NCBI GenBank assembly: GCA_046483985.1
Contig: JAWOCD010000049.1
Span: forward strand, 1-33,034
DNA length: 33,034 bases
Direction: 5' to 3'
DNA from: Promethearchaeia archaeon
Lineage (GTDB): Archaea > Asgardarchaeota > Lokiarchaeia > Sigyniarchaeales > SOKP01
Below are positions 9,238-19,482 of the stretch, piece by piece. The notes below the pieces were generated by a model, which worked only from the letters and a program-made list of their open reading frames with translations, did not search any database and was not told the origin of the DNA. Both the position numbers and the translations under genes were made by a program. How positions within the stretch are numbered: position 1 is the first letter of the stretch; the number at the start of each line of letters is the position of its first letter.

Positions 9238-9752
9238 AAACATTTCATAAAAATGATGGAGGGATTGTTCAGCTTATTGGAAAAGAAAAAATGAAATCTT
9301 GGCCTATTGAATTGCCTATGATTTTTATAGAATATATTCGGAGTAATAAGCTGGATTCATATGAAGATGTTAAAAAAGAAGTAGAGGCTTATTTGGATGA
9401 GATACTAGAAGACGTCGCCATCCCGCGTTTAATTGAAGTGTTAGAAGGCGAAGATAACGAGGAAATTTTTGGCGCACTGGAGAGAATAAAAAATATTGCC
9501 GATGAAGATTTAGATATGACAAGACCTATTAAACCTTATCTTGAAGACCTTAAGGAAAATAAAAATAAAAAAATTCAAGATCTTTCAAAAGATATTTTAA
9601 ACCTTTTTGAGCGGGAAGAGCGTCGCAAAGAATTAAACAAAAGGAGAAAGGAAATGAAAAAGAAGGAGCAACAATTTATGGACGGAAAAATCACGGGAGA
9701 AGAATATGCGCAAGCACGGAAAGATTATATTGAATTTAGAGATAGTCGTTAA
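9234..9752 (+). CDS. Hypothetical helical protein with a HEAT-like pair, a coiled coil and a SHOCT-like C terminus
   Basis: ATGA overlap with the top6A stop. AIPRLIEVL...ALERIKNIA is HEAT-like; GKITGEEYAQARKDYI resembles a SHOCT motif. Confidence 0.7.
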   Translation: MKTFHKNDGGIVQLIGKEKMKSWPIELPMIFIEYIRSNKLDSYEDVKKEVEAYLDEILEDVAIPRLIEVLEGEDNEEIFGALERIKNIADEDLDMTRPIKPYLEDLKENKNKKIQDLSKDILNLFEREERRKELNKRRKEMKKKEQQFMDGKITGEEYAQARKDYIEFRDSR

Positions 9753-9765
9753 GTAATTGATAATT

Positions 9766-10440
9766 ATGAAATGGGATCAACCTAAATTTGACGAATTCAT
9801 TATTGATCATCATGTAATTGGCTTTTTTTCGGAACCTATCACTTTAAAGTCTGGTAGAAAATCATATTGGTATGTGAATTGGCGTGATATCGCCGAAGAT
9901 GTCTTTTTGTTAGATCAACTAACTGATTTTGTATTATCTTATATTGACCACATAGATTTAGATCCAGAGTGTTTTTTCGGCGTTCCTGAAGGAGCCACTA
10001 AATTAGGTCTTCTCTCTCAATATAAATGGGCGCGTTCAAAAAAAGACTTCCGAGAAGGTAGGTATATATTAGCTATGGGCAGAGGAAAACCAAAAAAACA
10101 TGGTGAACTAAAAGACCGAAAATATTTGGGTGTTCCAAGAGGAAACGTAATAGTTATAGAAGATGTAACCACTACGGGAGGTTCAATGTTTTCTTCTGTA
10201 AAAGATTTACTCGATGCTGATATAAATGTGATTGCCGCAGTAGGATTGACTAATCGAAACGAAATTAGAGACGATGGAATGTCTGTAAAAGAATTATTTA
10301 ATAGTATTGGGATTCAGTATTATGCAATGAGTAATGCTTTAGAGCTGTTACCTCAGTTAAATCCAGAACCTACTATGGTTAAGAAACTTCAAACTTACTT
10401 CAAAAAATATGGCACAGAAGCGATTCATTTTGATATTTAA
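9766..10440 (+). CDS. pyrE: Orotate phosphoribosyltransferase-like type I PRTase
   Basis: ITLKSGRKSYWYVN, KPKKHG and PRPP-binding VIVIEDVTTTGGS. Start placed at ATG 9766; TTG 9757 is an alternative. Confidence 0.8.
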   Translation: MKWDQPKFDEFIIDHHVIGFFSEPITLKSGRKSYWYVNWRDIAEDVFLLDQLTDFVLSYIDHIDLDPECFFGVPEGATKLGLLSQYKWARSKKDFREGRYILAMGRGKPKKHGELKDRKYLGVPRGNVIVIEDVTTTGGSMFSSVKDLLDADINVIAAVGLTNRNEIRDDGMSVKELFNSIGIQYYAMSNALELLPQLNPEPTMVKKLQTYFKKYGTEAIHFDI

Positions 10441-10485
10441 TCGATGTTAGGAAACTTTTATTAATTTCCTAAATAAAATCTTATT

Positions 10486-13098
10486 ATGTTTCTTGCTCTC
10501 ACAAATTTAGACATTAAGAATTTTACAGAGATTAATCTAAAGTTATTACCCTCTCCGATGCATGTTTATGAGGAAAAATCTTATTCTTTGAGAATCTCTG
10601 AAAATTTACGAATAATTACGTCTCTTTCTGATGATCAATCATTTGTTCTGGACACTTTTAACGAATATTTAGAGGAAGTCTCTTTAAGAAGTCCTATTTC
10701 CATTAATTATAAGAAATTAGAAAGAGAATTCCCGCAATATGAAACTCTCATAGAAAATTGTGAAACATCCTTCCTTGATGTCAATATTGAACGCATTTCT
10801 AGAAAAAAAACATTCAAAAAACAAGGGTATTTGATTGGAGTGGGAGAAAATTCTGTGCTTATACAAGCATTTGGGGCTCAAGGCTTATTCTATGGCCTTC
10901 AAACAATCATTCAAATATTTCGCTCCTCTCCCAGTGGAAAAATCATTAATCCAATTCAGATTATTGATTACCCTCAATTAGAAATCAGAGGTATTTCTGA
11001 TGATATATCCCGCGGTCAAGCAGCAAAGATAGAGAATTTGAAAAAGTTTATCAAGATTTTAACCCACTTTAAAATTAATCATTATTATCTCGTCTATATG
11101 CAAGATATGTTCCAATATTCTAATCATCCAAAGATAGGAAAAGAAAGATCTCCCTATTCTAAAAATGATATCAAGCACTTAGTAAATTTTGCGAAAAAGT
11201 ATTTTATTGAAGTAATACCTATTTTTAATGCGAATGGCCATTGGGAAAATATTCTCTATTATCCCGAATATTGGCAATATGGGGAGTTTCCCGCCTCGAA
11301 TAGTCTTAATATTGCTAATGATGAGATTTATACCTTACTTGATGAAATGATAGGAGAGATAAGCAAGGTTTTTACATCTAAATATTTCCACATGGGTTCC
11401 GACGAAAGCTGGGATGTGGGAAAAGGCGCATCAAAAAAATATGTTAATGAACTAGGAATTGCCAATGCCTACTTAAAACATTACAAACGTGTGTATGAAA
11501 TTATAAAAAGTCATGGATATGAGAAAATCATTATTTACCATGATATTCTTTTTAAACATAAGGATGTTCTTGAGGGTTTACCCAAGGATATGATTATAAT
11601 GTATTGGAAATATGATACTGCGCATAAACATCCGATTGTGGATGATTTAAAAGCTCATCAATTTCCAATTATCGTAAGTCCTTCCATTATGGATTATAAT
11701 CGTCCATTTCCTGCTTTAACTAAATCCATGTACAATATTCGAAACTTAATTAGATATGGATGGCAAGGTGGTGCTGTGGGGGAAATTACCTCTAGCTGGG
11801 GGGATTACCATAATAAGGAATTAAGAGAAAATAGACTCTATGGATTTATCTTTTCCGCTGAATATGGTTGGAAGCCAAATTCCCATATGAAATTTCAAAC
11901 CATATGGACTCATCTTTTATTTCATTTTTTTGGTACTGAAGATCCGCGCTTAATTCGTATCTTTGAAACATTTCGGGACATTCAAGATAATAAGCGGCTA
12001 AATGTGATCCCATCGTTATTTTATAATCACCTTTTTAGTCATCCTTATGCTAAGAAAACATCAATGTATAAGTTAACTCGAAAAACCACAGGATTTGAAA
12101 AACTTATCCCCCGGCTTGAGAATGTAAACAAAACTTGCGAGAATCTCGACCAGAAAGTAAGAAAAAATAAAATTAATCTCAAGTATCTTGCATTTATCGC
12201 TCAGCAAATGAAATTCTATTGTAATAAACGAATAAACGCCAAAAGGTTTACCAATTTAAAATGTCAAAAGCTTTCTAGCAATGAGCTAAGGAACTATATA
12301 AAAGAATTAGACTCATTAAAAAAAGATTTAGCCGATTTAACTCGTGATTATAGAAAATTGTGGAAATTATGCGCTCGAGAATGTGGTTTAGAGCCAAATT
12401 TACGAAATTATCAGTGGCTAGCTGAGTTCTATCACAATAAGATAAACCAAATAAAGAAAAAAAGTAAATGGACAAATCCTTATATCCCAAGCGAAACAAT
12501 TTATCTCACTTCTGAAAGGATCCAGCAGATCAATCTTGCTTATTATTGTAAGGTTTTTCATATTCCATATAAGGTTAAAAAAGCTTTTATTCAAGTAATT
12601 GGAGGTATCCTTACAGAAATTTATTTAAATAACTCAAGGGTTGGATATACAATAACAAGAAATACTCTTAATTATGTAATTTTAGAAAATAATATTAAGA
12701 TCTTTTCTATTAAGAATAATCTCTCTTTGGGAGAAAACATTTTACTTATTAAGAATACCGATTTTATTGGTGGTGTTGCACCACTTAATCTCTACGGAGA
12801 GATAACATTTCAAAATGGGAAAAAAAAAATTATTAAAACAGATACAAGTTGGAAAGGTACTAGAAAACGAAATAATCATTCTTCAATTATAAAAAACTGG
12901 AAAACTGTGAAATCGTTCGGAAAACCTCCTAAGGCGGTAGGAGGATTAAGCTTTCCAAATTTTCAAAATGAAATTTGCTCACACCATACGGACTTAGTTG
13001 CTTTCCTCAATTCTGTAATTTCTTCCATCCCGCGCTTTTTATTTCCTCTTCTTAAGATTATTGTGAAAATCATTGATTATTTCAATATCATTGAATAA
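10486..13098 (+). CDS. Glycoside hydrolase family 20 (beta-N-acetylhexosaminidase-like) with extra C-terminal domains
   Basis: N-terminal GH20 domain-2 pattern (QGYLI...[11 protein letters not shown]), [19 protein letters not shown], catalytic FHMGSDE, IMYWKY. No obvious signal peptide. Confidence 0.85.
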   Translation: MFLALTNLDIKNFTEINLKLLPSPMHVYEEKSYSLRISENLRIITSLSDDQSFVLDTFNEYLEEVSLRSPISINYKKLEREFPQYETLIENCETSFLDVNIERISRKKTFKKQGYLIGVGENSVLIQAFGAQGLFYGLQTIIQIFRSSPSGKIINPIQIIDYPQLEIRGISDDISRGQAAKIENLKKFIKILTHFKINHYYLVYMQDMFQYSNHPKIGKERSPYSKNDIKHLVNFAKKYFIEVIPIFNANGHWENILYYPEYWQYGEFPASNSLNIANDEIYTLLDEMIGEISKVFTSKYFHMGSDESWDVGKGASKKYVNELGIANAYLKHYKRVYEIIKSHGYEKIIIYHDILFKHKDVLEGLPKDMIIMYWKYDTAHKHPIVDDLKAHQFPIIVSPSIMDYNRPFPALTKSMYNIRNLIRYGWQGGAVGEITSSWGDYHNKELRENRLYGFIFSAEYGWKPNSHMKFQTIWTHLLFHFFGTEDPRLIRIFETFRDIQDNKRLNVIPSLFYNHLFSHPYAKKTSMYKLTRKTTGFEKLIPRLENVNKTCENLDQKVRKNKINLKYLAFIAQQMKFYCNKRINAKRFTNLKCQKLSSNELRNYIKELDSLKKDLADLTRDYRKLWKLCARECGLEPNLRNYQWLAEFYHNKINQIKKKSKWTNPYIPSETIYLTSERIQQINLAYYCKVFHIPYKVKKAFIQVIGGILTEIYLNNSRVGYTITRNTLNYVILENNIKIFSIKNNLSLGENILLIKNTDFIGGVAPLNLYGEITFQNGKKKIIKTDTSWKGTRKRNNHSSIIKNWKTVKSFGKPPKAVGGLSFPNFQNEICSHHTDLVAFLNSVISSIPRFLFPLLKIIVKIIDYFNIIE

Positions 13099-13183
13099 AA
13101 GGAAATAAGATTAATGCAAAAATTTAATATTATTTACATTTAATATTATGGTAGAAGCAAATAAGTGATTTTTAGGTGGTTAG

Positions 13184-13858
13184 ATGTTTAAGAAGAAAAA
13201 GGACGATTTTGAGAAAGAAAAAGAAAAGGCCCGCGAAAAATTGAGAAAGAAAGCGGAGAAAGTAAAAGCAAAAAGAGATAAAAAACGTAAGGAAGCCGAG
13301 AAAATTTTGGATGAGGAATATGTAGAACGGAGATTGGAGTTTGAACGAAAAAAAGACAAAAAATTTCAAACAAAAAGAGATACAAAGATCAAGGAAATCC
13401 GACAAGAAGTATTGGCTGATGAAAAAGAAACTTTTGAATGCAAAGTATGCGGACAAGAGATCGGGTTGGGAAATATGCAATGTCCCAGTTGTGGTCAAAT
13501 GTATTGTCCATTTTGTGGAGCCTTCTTAGATGACAAAGACTTTAGTGGTAAATGCCCCCGATGTGGAGGTTTTGTAGCAGGAGGTGTTACTCCGGCTAAA
13601 CTGGTACAAACACGTGTGGAAGATATTCCCGAAGGCGACAGATTTTGGGAAGGATTACATAATTGTCCCAAGTGTGGGGGAGCTACCCAACCTGATTGGG
13701 ATGAATGCCCCATTTGCGGAGCAAAATTAGAAAAAAGAGTAGAAAAAGAAGAGAAACCAAAGGAAGAAAAAACTATCAAATCAATAAAAGAAAAACGAAA
13801 AGAAGAATTGAGAAAAAGAAGGAGAAGAAAGAAATCTGGACCTAAAAGAGGAATTTAA
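13184..13858 (+). CDS. Multi-zinc-ribbon (double zinc ribbon-like) protein with charged helical termini
   Basis: Six CxxC motifs (CKVC, CPSC, CPFC, CPRC, CPKC, CPIC) between Lys/Glu/Arg-rich segments. Confidence 0.8.
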   Translation: MFKKKKDDFEKEKEKAREKLRKKAEKVKAKRDKKRKEAEKILDEEYVERRLEFERKKDKKFQTKRDTKIKEIRQEVLADEKETFECKVCGQEIGLGNMQCPSCGQMYCPFCGAFLDDKDFSGKCPRCGGFVAGGVTPAKLVQTRVEDIPEGDRFWEGLHNCPKCGGATQPDWDECPICGAKLEKRVEKEEKPKEEKTIKSIKEKRKEELRKRRRRKKSGPKRGI

Positions 13859-13921
13859 TCAGTTCTTATTTAATATTAATTTATATAATTCTTTCTAAGT
13901 TGAAATTTAAAATTCTCTTTC

Positions 13922-14485
13922 TTACAAATTTAAAAAATATTTTCGCCACGTATTTATCAATTTAAAGATACGCTCATTTAGCATTTTTTCTGCATCTGTC
14001 AGATTTTTCTCGTCCGCCGGTGATAATTCTGATCGGGAAAGTTTTAGTAATTTTAGCAAACGAGAATCCACCAGATTTGATAAGTACGAATTATATCGGT
14101 CTAAATTTGTCTTGGGAATGATGCGGTCATCCACCTTTTTGACTAAAAACTCTCTAAATTCTTTTAGTTTATTTAGAAAAAGCTTTTCTTTCGGATATAC
14201 GATACGTTGATCATCACGTTCTCTTATAGCATATCTTTGAACATCAACATTATCACATTTTTCATCAGGCACTACCTCCAATATCTTTTTCTTAATTAAA
14301 GGCGCGGCAATAAAATATTTCAGCTTATATTTCTTTCCTTTCTTGAAAGGACCGACCATGTGACCTAATAAGGAAAATCCTTTAGATTTTTTAACACATT
14401 CCGTTAAAATTGGCTGATTTTGATAAATAAAATTAATTCTGACTAAATCTAATTTGAAATTCTTTTCAAGTTTTAAATGCTTCAA
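13922..14485 (-). CDS. gins23: GINS complex subunit, Gins23 (Psf2/Psf3-like, B-A domain order)
   Basis: N-terminal beta domain VGPFKKG...YFIAAPL, then helical domain with ...DSRLLKLLKL and NLTDAEKML...INTWR, as in Psf2/Gins23. Size (187 aa) fits and MCM is nearby. Confidence 0.72.
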   Translation of the reverse strand: MKHLKLEKNFKLDLVRINFIYQNQPILTECVKKSKGFSLLGHMVGPFKKGKKYKLKYFIAAPLIKKKILEVVPDEKCDNVDVQRYAIRERDDQRIVYPKEKLFLNKLKEFREFLVKKVDDRIIPKTNLDRYNSYLSNLVDSRLLKLLKLSRSELSPADEKNLTDAEKMLNERIFKLINTWRKYFLNL

Positions 14486-14576
14486 TTCTTAAATACTCGT
14501 GAATAGTTTTAATAAATTAGATTAATTCTATTATTATAACCTTTATTATTAATAAGAAAATGTAAGCTATTTATTT

Positions 14577-17500
14577 TTGGAGATTAATATGTTATCAAAG
14601 AGAGCTTATTTCCCACAAGATCTAAATATGTTCAATAATAGTACTTCAATAATATTATTCATTATATTCCTAGCCGCCTTTGTATTTGGTTTCTTTTTAA
14701 TATATCGGCAAGTGGCTTTAGTAAAAAAGGGAGAATTTGAGGTTGCTGATACTTTACAATGTGTTTTATATGGATTTATCTTCAGTATGGCTATAATGAT
14801 TGTTATTGGAATGGCTTTTATCTTTGCTGTAAACACACCCAGCTTTTGGGAACCTACTCCTTTAAACCCAAATCCTCCCAGTCCCCCTAATATTAATCCC
14901 TTATGGTTAATTCTTCCAGTTTTGGTTTGTTTAATCTATATTTCAGTTTATCCTCTTATTGACTTTCTTTTTATTGCCCTAAGTGAAGAATCTGATGAAG
15001 GTTTGACGGTATTTCATAAATTTCTGGGGGATCATATCATTAATAGGACGGATAATAAGACAACCTCAATAATTTCAGCAGTAGGGTTTTATTTAGGTAT
15101 TTTTATATTACCCCCTTTGATTTTTTATTTTCTTTTGGGCTTTCCATTTATCACTATTTATATAACGTGGATGATTGCTTATCCTTTAATGATTTTAACT
15201 TTTTATGGGTCAAAAGGTTGGGTTGCGGGATTCTATAATGTGCTTGTACATATCGAACAACGATCCTTTTTCCTTGGATTCGAGGATACAGATCGAATGA
15301 TGGAGGAGGCAAAAGATTTTCCAAATATTACAGGTCCTCGGATTTTATTAGGAATGATGCTTTTTGTATTTGTCTGGGCTTGGATATCCATGATACAAAC
15401 ATTAGCTTTTTATTTTTCTGGACAAATGGCAATTTCAACATATTCTTATGCTGGAATGGTGTTTGTCACGTTACTTTTTGGTATTATCGGATATTTCACC
15501 CGCTATTGGAATAGACAAATAAAATACAGGGGAATTGATATCTCTTTTGCTGGGTATCTCATGGCTGCTGTTGGAATTAATGTTTTAGCAAATTTCCTCA
15601 TAGTTAACTCCTCCAAATTATATTCCTCTTTTAATTATACAATTATTGGAATGCACGAATTGATTCCAAATTTTCTCTTATTTTCATTTGCTGCTGTAAT
15701 AGAAGAGGTTGTACTAATTACATTTACTTCTTATTTTATCCTCTCTCGTACTGAATTTACGGAGAACTTAAAAATCTCCAAAATTAATGAATGTGCTCAA
15801 ACCTTTGACCCAATTCCTTTATTTAACTTTCTGAGAAGCGATGATCCAAAAATCAGAAATCTTGCTGAAGAAAATATTCTTTTGATGTTTGAAAGGATCC
15901 CCCTCAAGGATGAAATCAACTTGAATAAGGGGATTTTTAAAAATACACTTATTGATGGATTATGCGATCCAAATCCACATTCCCAAAGAGTATGCTATAA
16001 AATTTTACTCCAACTTGAAAAAGATGTACCCGAAGTAGTTTTACCATGGATTATAGAAAATTTGGAATCACCTAATTATGATAAGAGTATTCCTTTCGCC
16101 CGTTCTCTATTAACAGCGGACAAGCAAATTATTGAACAAATTCCTGAAGATATTATATTCAATCTAATTCAGGATTTAGAATGGAGACTGAAGGTAATTG
16201 CTTTAGATATTTTATCTCGTTTTGCTTCAACAAATAGCGATATAATTCTAACTTTACTGATGAAAAAGAGACTTCTTAATAAATTAGTAAATGATCCAGA
16301 TGGTACAGTCCAAGTTAAGATATTAAATATTCTTGCGGATGCGGAAGTCCTTCTACCCCTTACATCAATAATTGAGCGTTTAAATCACTCGAATCCTCAA
16401 ATAAGGGCTGCCGCAATTAGAAATATTAAAAATATTAAAGAAGAAAATATTGATTCCAAAATTGTTTCAAAATTAATTCCACATATGCGAGATCCTTCCA
16501 GTGAGGTAAGAGCCTCTTTATTTAAGACCCTTGCTAAAATAGGTAATTTTCAAAAATATTTCATTCCTATTTTTCCATTCTTGGAAGGGTTAACGGATTT
16601 AAATAAGGATGTAAGAAAAGCATCAATAATTGCGCTTGAAAGGTATTTTGATGAACAACCGGAGTCGGTTGACTTAGATATGATAATTAATCGAATAGAT
16701 CCTAACAATCAAGAGATTGTGAATAGTGTTTTAACCCTTCTTGGCCGCTTGTGGGATAAAAATCCCGAAAAAATTCTTACAACCCTCCTTATTTTCATTA
16801 AATTTGAAAATCAATCGCTAAAAGAAAACATTTCAAATATTTTAATAGATAAATATCAATCTAACCCTGATTTGGTTATTAAGAATCTAATTAAGATTCC
16901 CGATGTAACGAAATTCATTACAAAAGGAATAATAACTCGAACTCTTATTAAAATTGGAGATTTAGATCCGCAGAAAGTAATTCCTCGTTTGATTTCTTAT
17001 CTAAGTTCAGAATATGATGAGATTAAATTAAATGCAATAACGGCTTTGGAAGATTTAGTAAACAGATATCCCGAAGAAATCCAGTTAAAACCATTTTTAA
17101 GAATTTTAACCCAAGATGAGGATATAAAAATAAGAAAAGAAGCCTCAAAGGTAATTTCAAATGTTGCTCAAACAAAACCAGATACCTTAAAACCTGTAGT
17201 GTCTGTTTTTCTGCAAGCTATGCATGAGCAAGAAAGCTCAGTGAAATTAGTATTAGGAAAATCTTTATTGAAAATTTCTGAAAAATCTCCACAAATTCTT
17301 CCAGTTCGACCCATTATTAATCTCTTTAACGATGATGATTCTTTTATTCGAGAAACTTCTGCAAAAATTCTTGGAAATATTGGATATAAAGCACCTCGAG
17401 AAGCTGTTAATTGTTTATTAGAAAAAGGAGTAAAGGATAATGAATGGAATGTGCGAGAGGCCTCGGTCACAAGTCTAGGAAACTTGATAGAATATGTGGA

Positions 17501-18023
17501 AGATAAAGATATGCTGATCTCGAATTTAACAGAACTGATCACTGATGATCAATCTTGGGTTCGGCGTTCAGCATTAAATATTCTGGCTGATATCAAGAAT
17601 CTCACCCCGGATGATTTACCTCTTAATAAATTAAAGACGATTATTCACACTTCCGATGATAAGGTAAAAGCTGCTGGTGCAAAATTGTTAAATCTCTATG
17701 ATCAAAAGATTGATGAGGTTTTTAACCTTGCTGTTGAGCTATTAGAGCATGATAATGAAAGCGTAAGGAATAGTATGATTAATTCGATAATAAAAATAAT
17801 TCAAAATGTGGGTTTAAAGACTGTTATTTCGAGGCTTCTTAAAAATTTAAGCGATGAAGGCTCGATTACATTACAACGCTCAATTGCTAAAATTTTAGGG
17901 CGAACTGCAAAATATGAAGAAGAAAAAATTAAAAAACGAGTTATTTCTCTTCTAAAAATTCGATGCGAAATGAGTCAAGACCCGCTAATCTGTAAAGTGC
18001 TAAATGAGTTAAGAGAAAGCTAA
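14577..18023 (+). CDS. Polytopic membrane protein (~9 predicted TM helices) fused to a long HEAT-repeat solenoid
   Basis: The first ~390 aa hold about nine long hydrophobic stretches. The remainder has repeated L..L.D....VR..A...L units (DPSSEVRASLFKTL, DLNKDVRKASIIAL, DNEWNVREASVTSL, DDQSWVRRSALNIL). Start uncertain (TTG 14577, ATG 14589 or ATG 14628). Confidence 0.85.
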   Translation: MEINMLSKRAYFPQDLNMFNNSTSIILFIIFLAAFVFGFFLIYRQVALVKKGEFEVADTLQCVLYGFIFSMAIMIVIGMAFIFAVNTPSFWEPTPLNPNPPSPPNINPLWLILPVLVCLIYISVYPLIDFLFIALSEESDEGLTVFHKFLGDHIINRTDNKTTSIISAVGFYLGIFILPPLIFYFLLGFPFITIYITWMIAYPLMILTFYGSKGWVAGFYNVLVHIEQRSFFLGFEDTDRMMEEAKDFPNITGPRILLGMMLFVFVWAWISMIQTLAFYFSGQMAISTYSYAGMVFVTLLFGIIGYFTRYWNRQIKYRGIDISFAGYLMAAVGINVLANFLIVNSSKLYSSFNYTIIGMHELIPNFLLFSFAAVIEEVVLITFTSYFILSRTEFTENLKISKINECAQTFDPIPLFNFLRSDDPKIRNLAEENILLMFERIPLKDEINLNKGIFKNTLIDGLCDPNPHSQRVCYKILLQLEKDVPEVVLPWIIENLESPNYDKSIPFARSLLTADKQIIEQIPEDIIFNLIQDLEWRLKVIALDILSRFASTNSDIILTLLMKKRLLNKLVNDPDGTVQVKILNILADAEVLLPLTSIIERLNHSNPQIRAAAIRNIKNIKEENIDSKIVSKLIPHMRDPSSEVRASLFKTLAKIGNFQKYFIPIFPFLEGLTDLNKDVRKASIIALERYFDEQPESVDLDMIINRIDPNNQEIVNSVLTLLGRLWDKNPEKILTTLLIFIKFENQSLKENISNILIDKYQSNPDLVIKNLIKIPDVTKFITKGIITRTLIKIGDLDPQKVIPRLISYLSSEYDEIKLNAITALEDLVNRYPEEIQLKPFLRILTQDEDIKIRKEASKVISNVAQTKPDTLKPVVSVFLQAMHEQESSVKLVLGKSLLKISEKSPQILPVRPIINLFNDDDSFIRETSAKILGNIGYKAPREAVNCLLEKGVKDNEWNVREASVTSLGNLIEYVEDKDMLISNLTELITDDQSWVRRSALNILADIKNLTPDDLPLNKLKTIIHTSDDKVKAAGAKLLNLYDQKIDEVFNLAVELLEHDNESVRNSMINSIIKIIQNVGLKTVISRLLKNLSDEGSITLQRSIAKILGRTAKYEEEKIKKRVISLLKIRCEMSQDPLICKVLNELRES

Positions 18024-18220
18024 TTTTTTTTTAAATTCTCTTCTATTATCTAAATTAAAATGGAAGAAAATGTGGTGGAAGGAAGAAAAATGTGGCAATT
18101 GATAGAATTACAAGATATGAGAGTCCTCCGCCAATATATTTAATTATATAACTTAACGACTTTTTTTTAATGATAAGACAAGAAGCAAAATATTCTTATT
18201 GAAAAAGTTTATTTATTCTG

Positions 18221-19060
18221 TTATTGTGCTTGTCTAAGTTGCAGAAACCAGATTCTCTCGCCTTTATCTATGGTCCACTCTAAATCAATTGCTTTTCTAT
18301 ATAAATTTTCTAAATCTAACGCCATTTTCGCTAGAGAAATTAATTGATTTTGTGATAATACTGACTTTTTTCTTTTAGATTTAGGAACATTTTTAATGCT
18401 ATTTGATTGAGAAGAGATATAATGATTTTTTTCATAAATTTGGGATTTTATAACTTTATTTGGATTTTCTTTATCAATTTCATAATGATCAATGTTGAAT
18501 TTTCCAGAAACAACGGTCTCTCCCAGACCAAATCCTGCCTCTATAATTATTCGTGATTTATCATCTAAAATTGGGTCTTTCGTGAATAATACCCCGCTCG
18601 ATGATGACAAGATCATCTTTTGAACAATAATAGCTGTCGATGGGTAAGATCCAAGAATTTTCCTAATCTTTTTTTTCCTCGTGCTCATTATGCATTTTTT
18701 TATTGCTCGTTCTAAATTTTCTGAAGAGACCTTACCTAATGATAAAAACAACCCTGCTGTTGGAAGACCCATTTTATCCTCAAATTGAGCACTAGAACGT
18801 ACAAAAAAGAATTTTGTATTTATTTGAGATGAAAGTAAATTAATTTCTTTTCTTATATCTAAAATTTTGGAATTATTTTCTAAAAGTTTTTCACATTCTT
18901 CGGGAAGAATAACATAAAATGGAGGAATTTTATTAGAAAAACTATTTTTAGCTATCCAAACAAGATTTTCAGCCTTTAATCCAATATTTAGTTTTTTTAT
19001 TTCAGACATTTTCATCTGAATAAGTTCTTCTAATCTAAACATTTTAAGTTTCCTACTCAT
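18221..19060 (-). CDS. Stand-alone ATP-grasp nucleotide-binding domain of the PEP synthase/PPDK family (PPDK_N)
   Basis: Motifs IGLKAENL, VRSSAQFED...AGLFLS, AIIVQKMI, SGVLFT, IEAGFGLGETVVSG and DLEWTID...FLQLR. Confidence 0.9.
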   Translation of the reverse strand: MSRKLKMFRLEELIQMKMSEIKKLNIGLKAENLVWIAKNSFSNKIPPFYVILPEECEKLLENNSKILDIRKEINLLSSQINTKFFFVRSSAQFEDKMGLPTAGLFLSLGKVSSENLERAIKKCIMSTRKKKIRKILGSYPSTAIIVQKMILSSSSGVLFTKDPILDDKSRIIIEAGFGLGETVVSGKFNIDHYEIDKENPNKVIKSQIYEKNHYISSQSNSIKNVPKSKRKKSVLSQNQLISLAKMALDLENLYRKAIDLEWTIDKGERIWFLQLRQAQ

Positions 19061-19472
19061 CTATTTTTGAGTAAAAGTCTTTGATAAAATCTAGATTATT
19101 ATCTATTTTCAATTTATTTACATGATATCCCCTATAGACAATCCCTCTATATGCATCTAAAGTAACCTTTTCAAAATCTTTAACTGAATTAGTAATGGAT
19201 CTTGCTTTTACTATCGCAGGGATATTTCTTATACGTGAAACAATTGCTAAATGACAAAGCATATTACCCATTTCACTTATAACCCCTAAACAATAATCTA
19301 ACAATACATCAAAATGAGGTTCAAAGTTCTTCACAACCATTACTATTTTCTCTGAAAGATTTTGCACTTTTTTAAAATCTGTGGAAGATTCAATGATTAA
19401 AGCTTTACCCTCAGTATATCCGTTTGAAACAGTTTCTCCCTTTTTTAGAATAAAGGATGATAAATCATACAT
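19053..19472 (-). CDS. Stand-alone phosphohistidine swivel (PEP-utilising enzyme mobile) domain
   Basis: GNMLCHLAIVSRIRNIPAIV matches the GG.T.HAAI.ARE.GIPA motif with the catalytic His retained; VTLDAYRGIVYRG follows. It overlaps the downstream gene by 8 bp. Confidence 0.9.
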   Translation of the reverse strand: MYDLSSFILKKGETVSNGYTEGKALIIESSTDFKKVQNLSEKIVMVVKNFEPHFDVLLDYCLGVISEMGNMLCHLAIVSRIRNIPAIVKARSITNSVKDFEKVTLDAYRGIVYRGYHVNKLKIDNNLDFIKDFYSKIDE

Positions 19473-19482
19473 TTTAATTCTA

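Noticed and set aside
15690-15730. CPBP/PrsW intramembrane protease motif in the membrane-HEAT protein (AAVIEEVV)
   Set aside because: The EE pair lacks the following Arg/Lys and the downstream His motifs; it is in the last TM helix.
18221-19472. Canonical PEP synthase (ppsA)
   Set aside because: The C-terminal PEP/pyruvate-binding barrel is absent and the domains are separate genes in non-canonical order.
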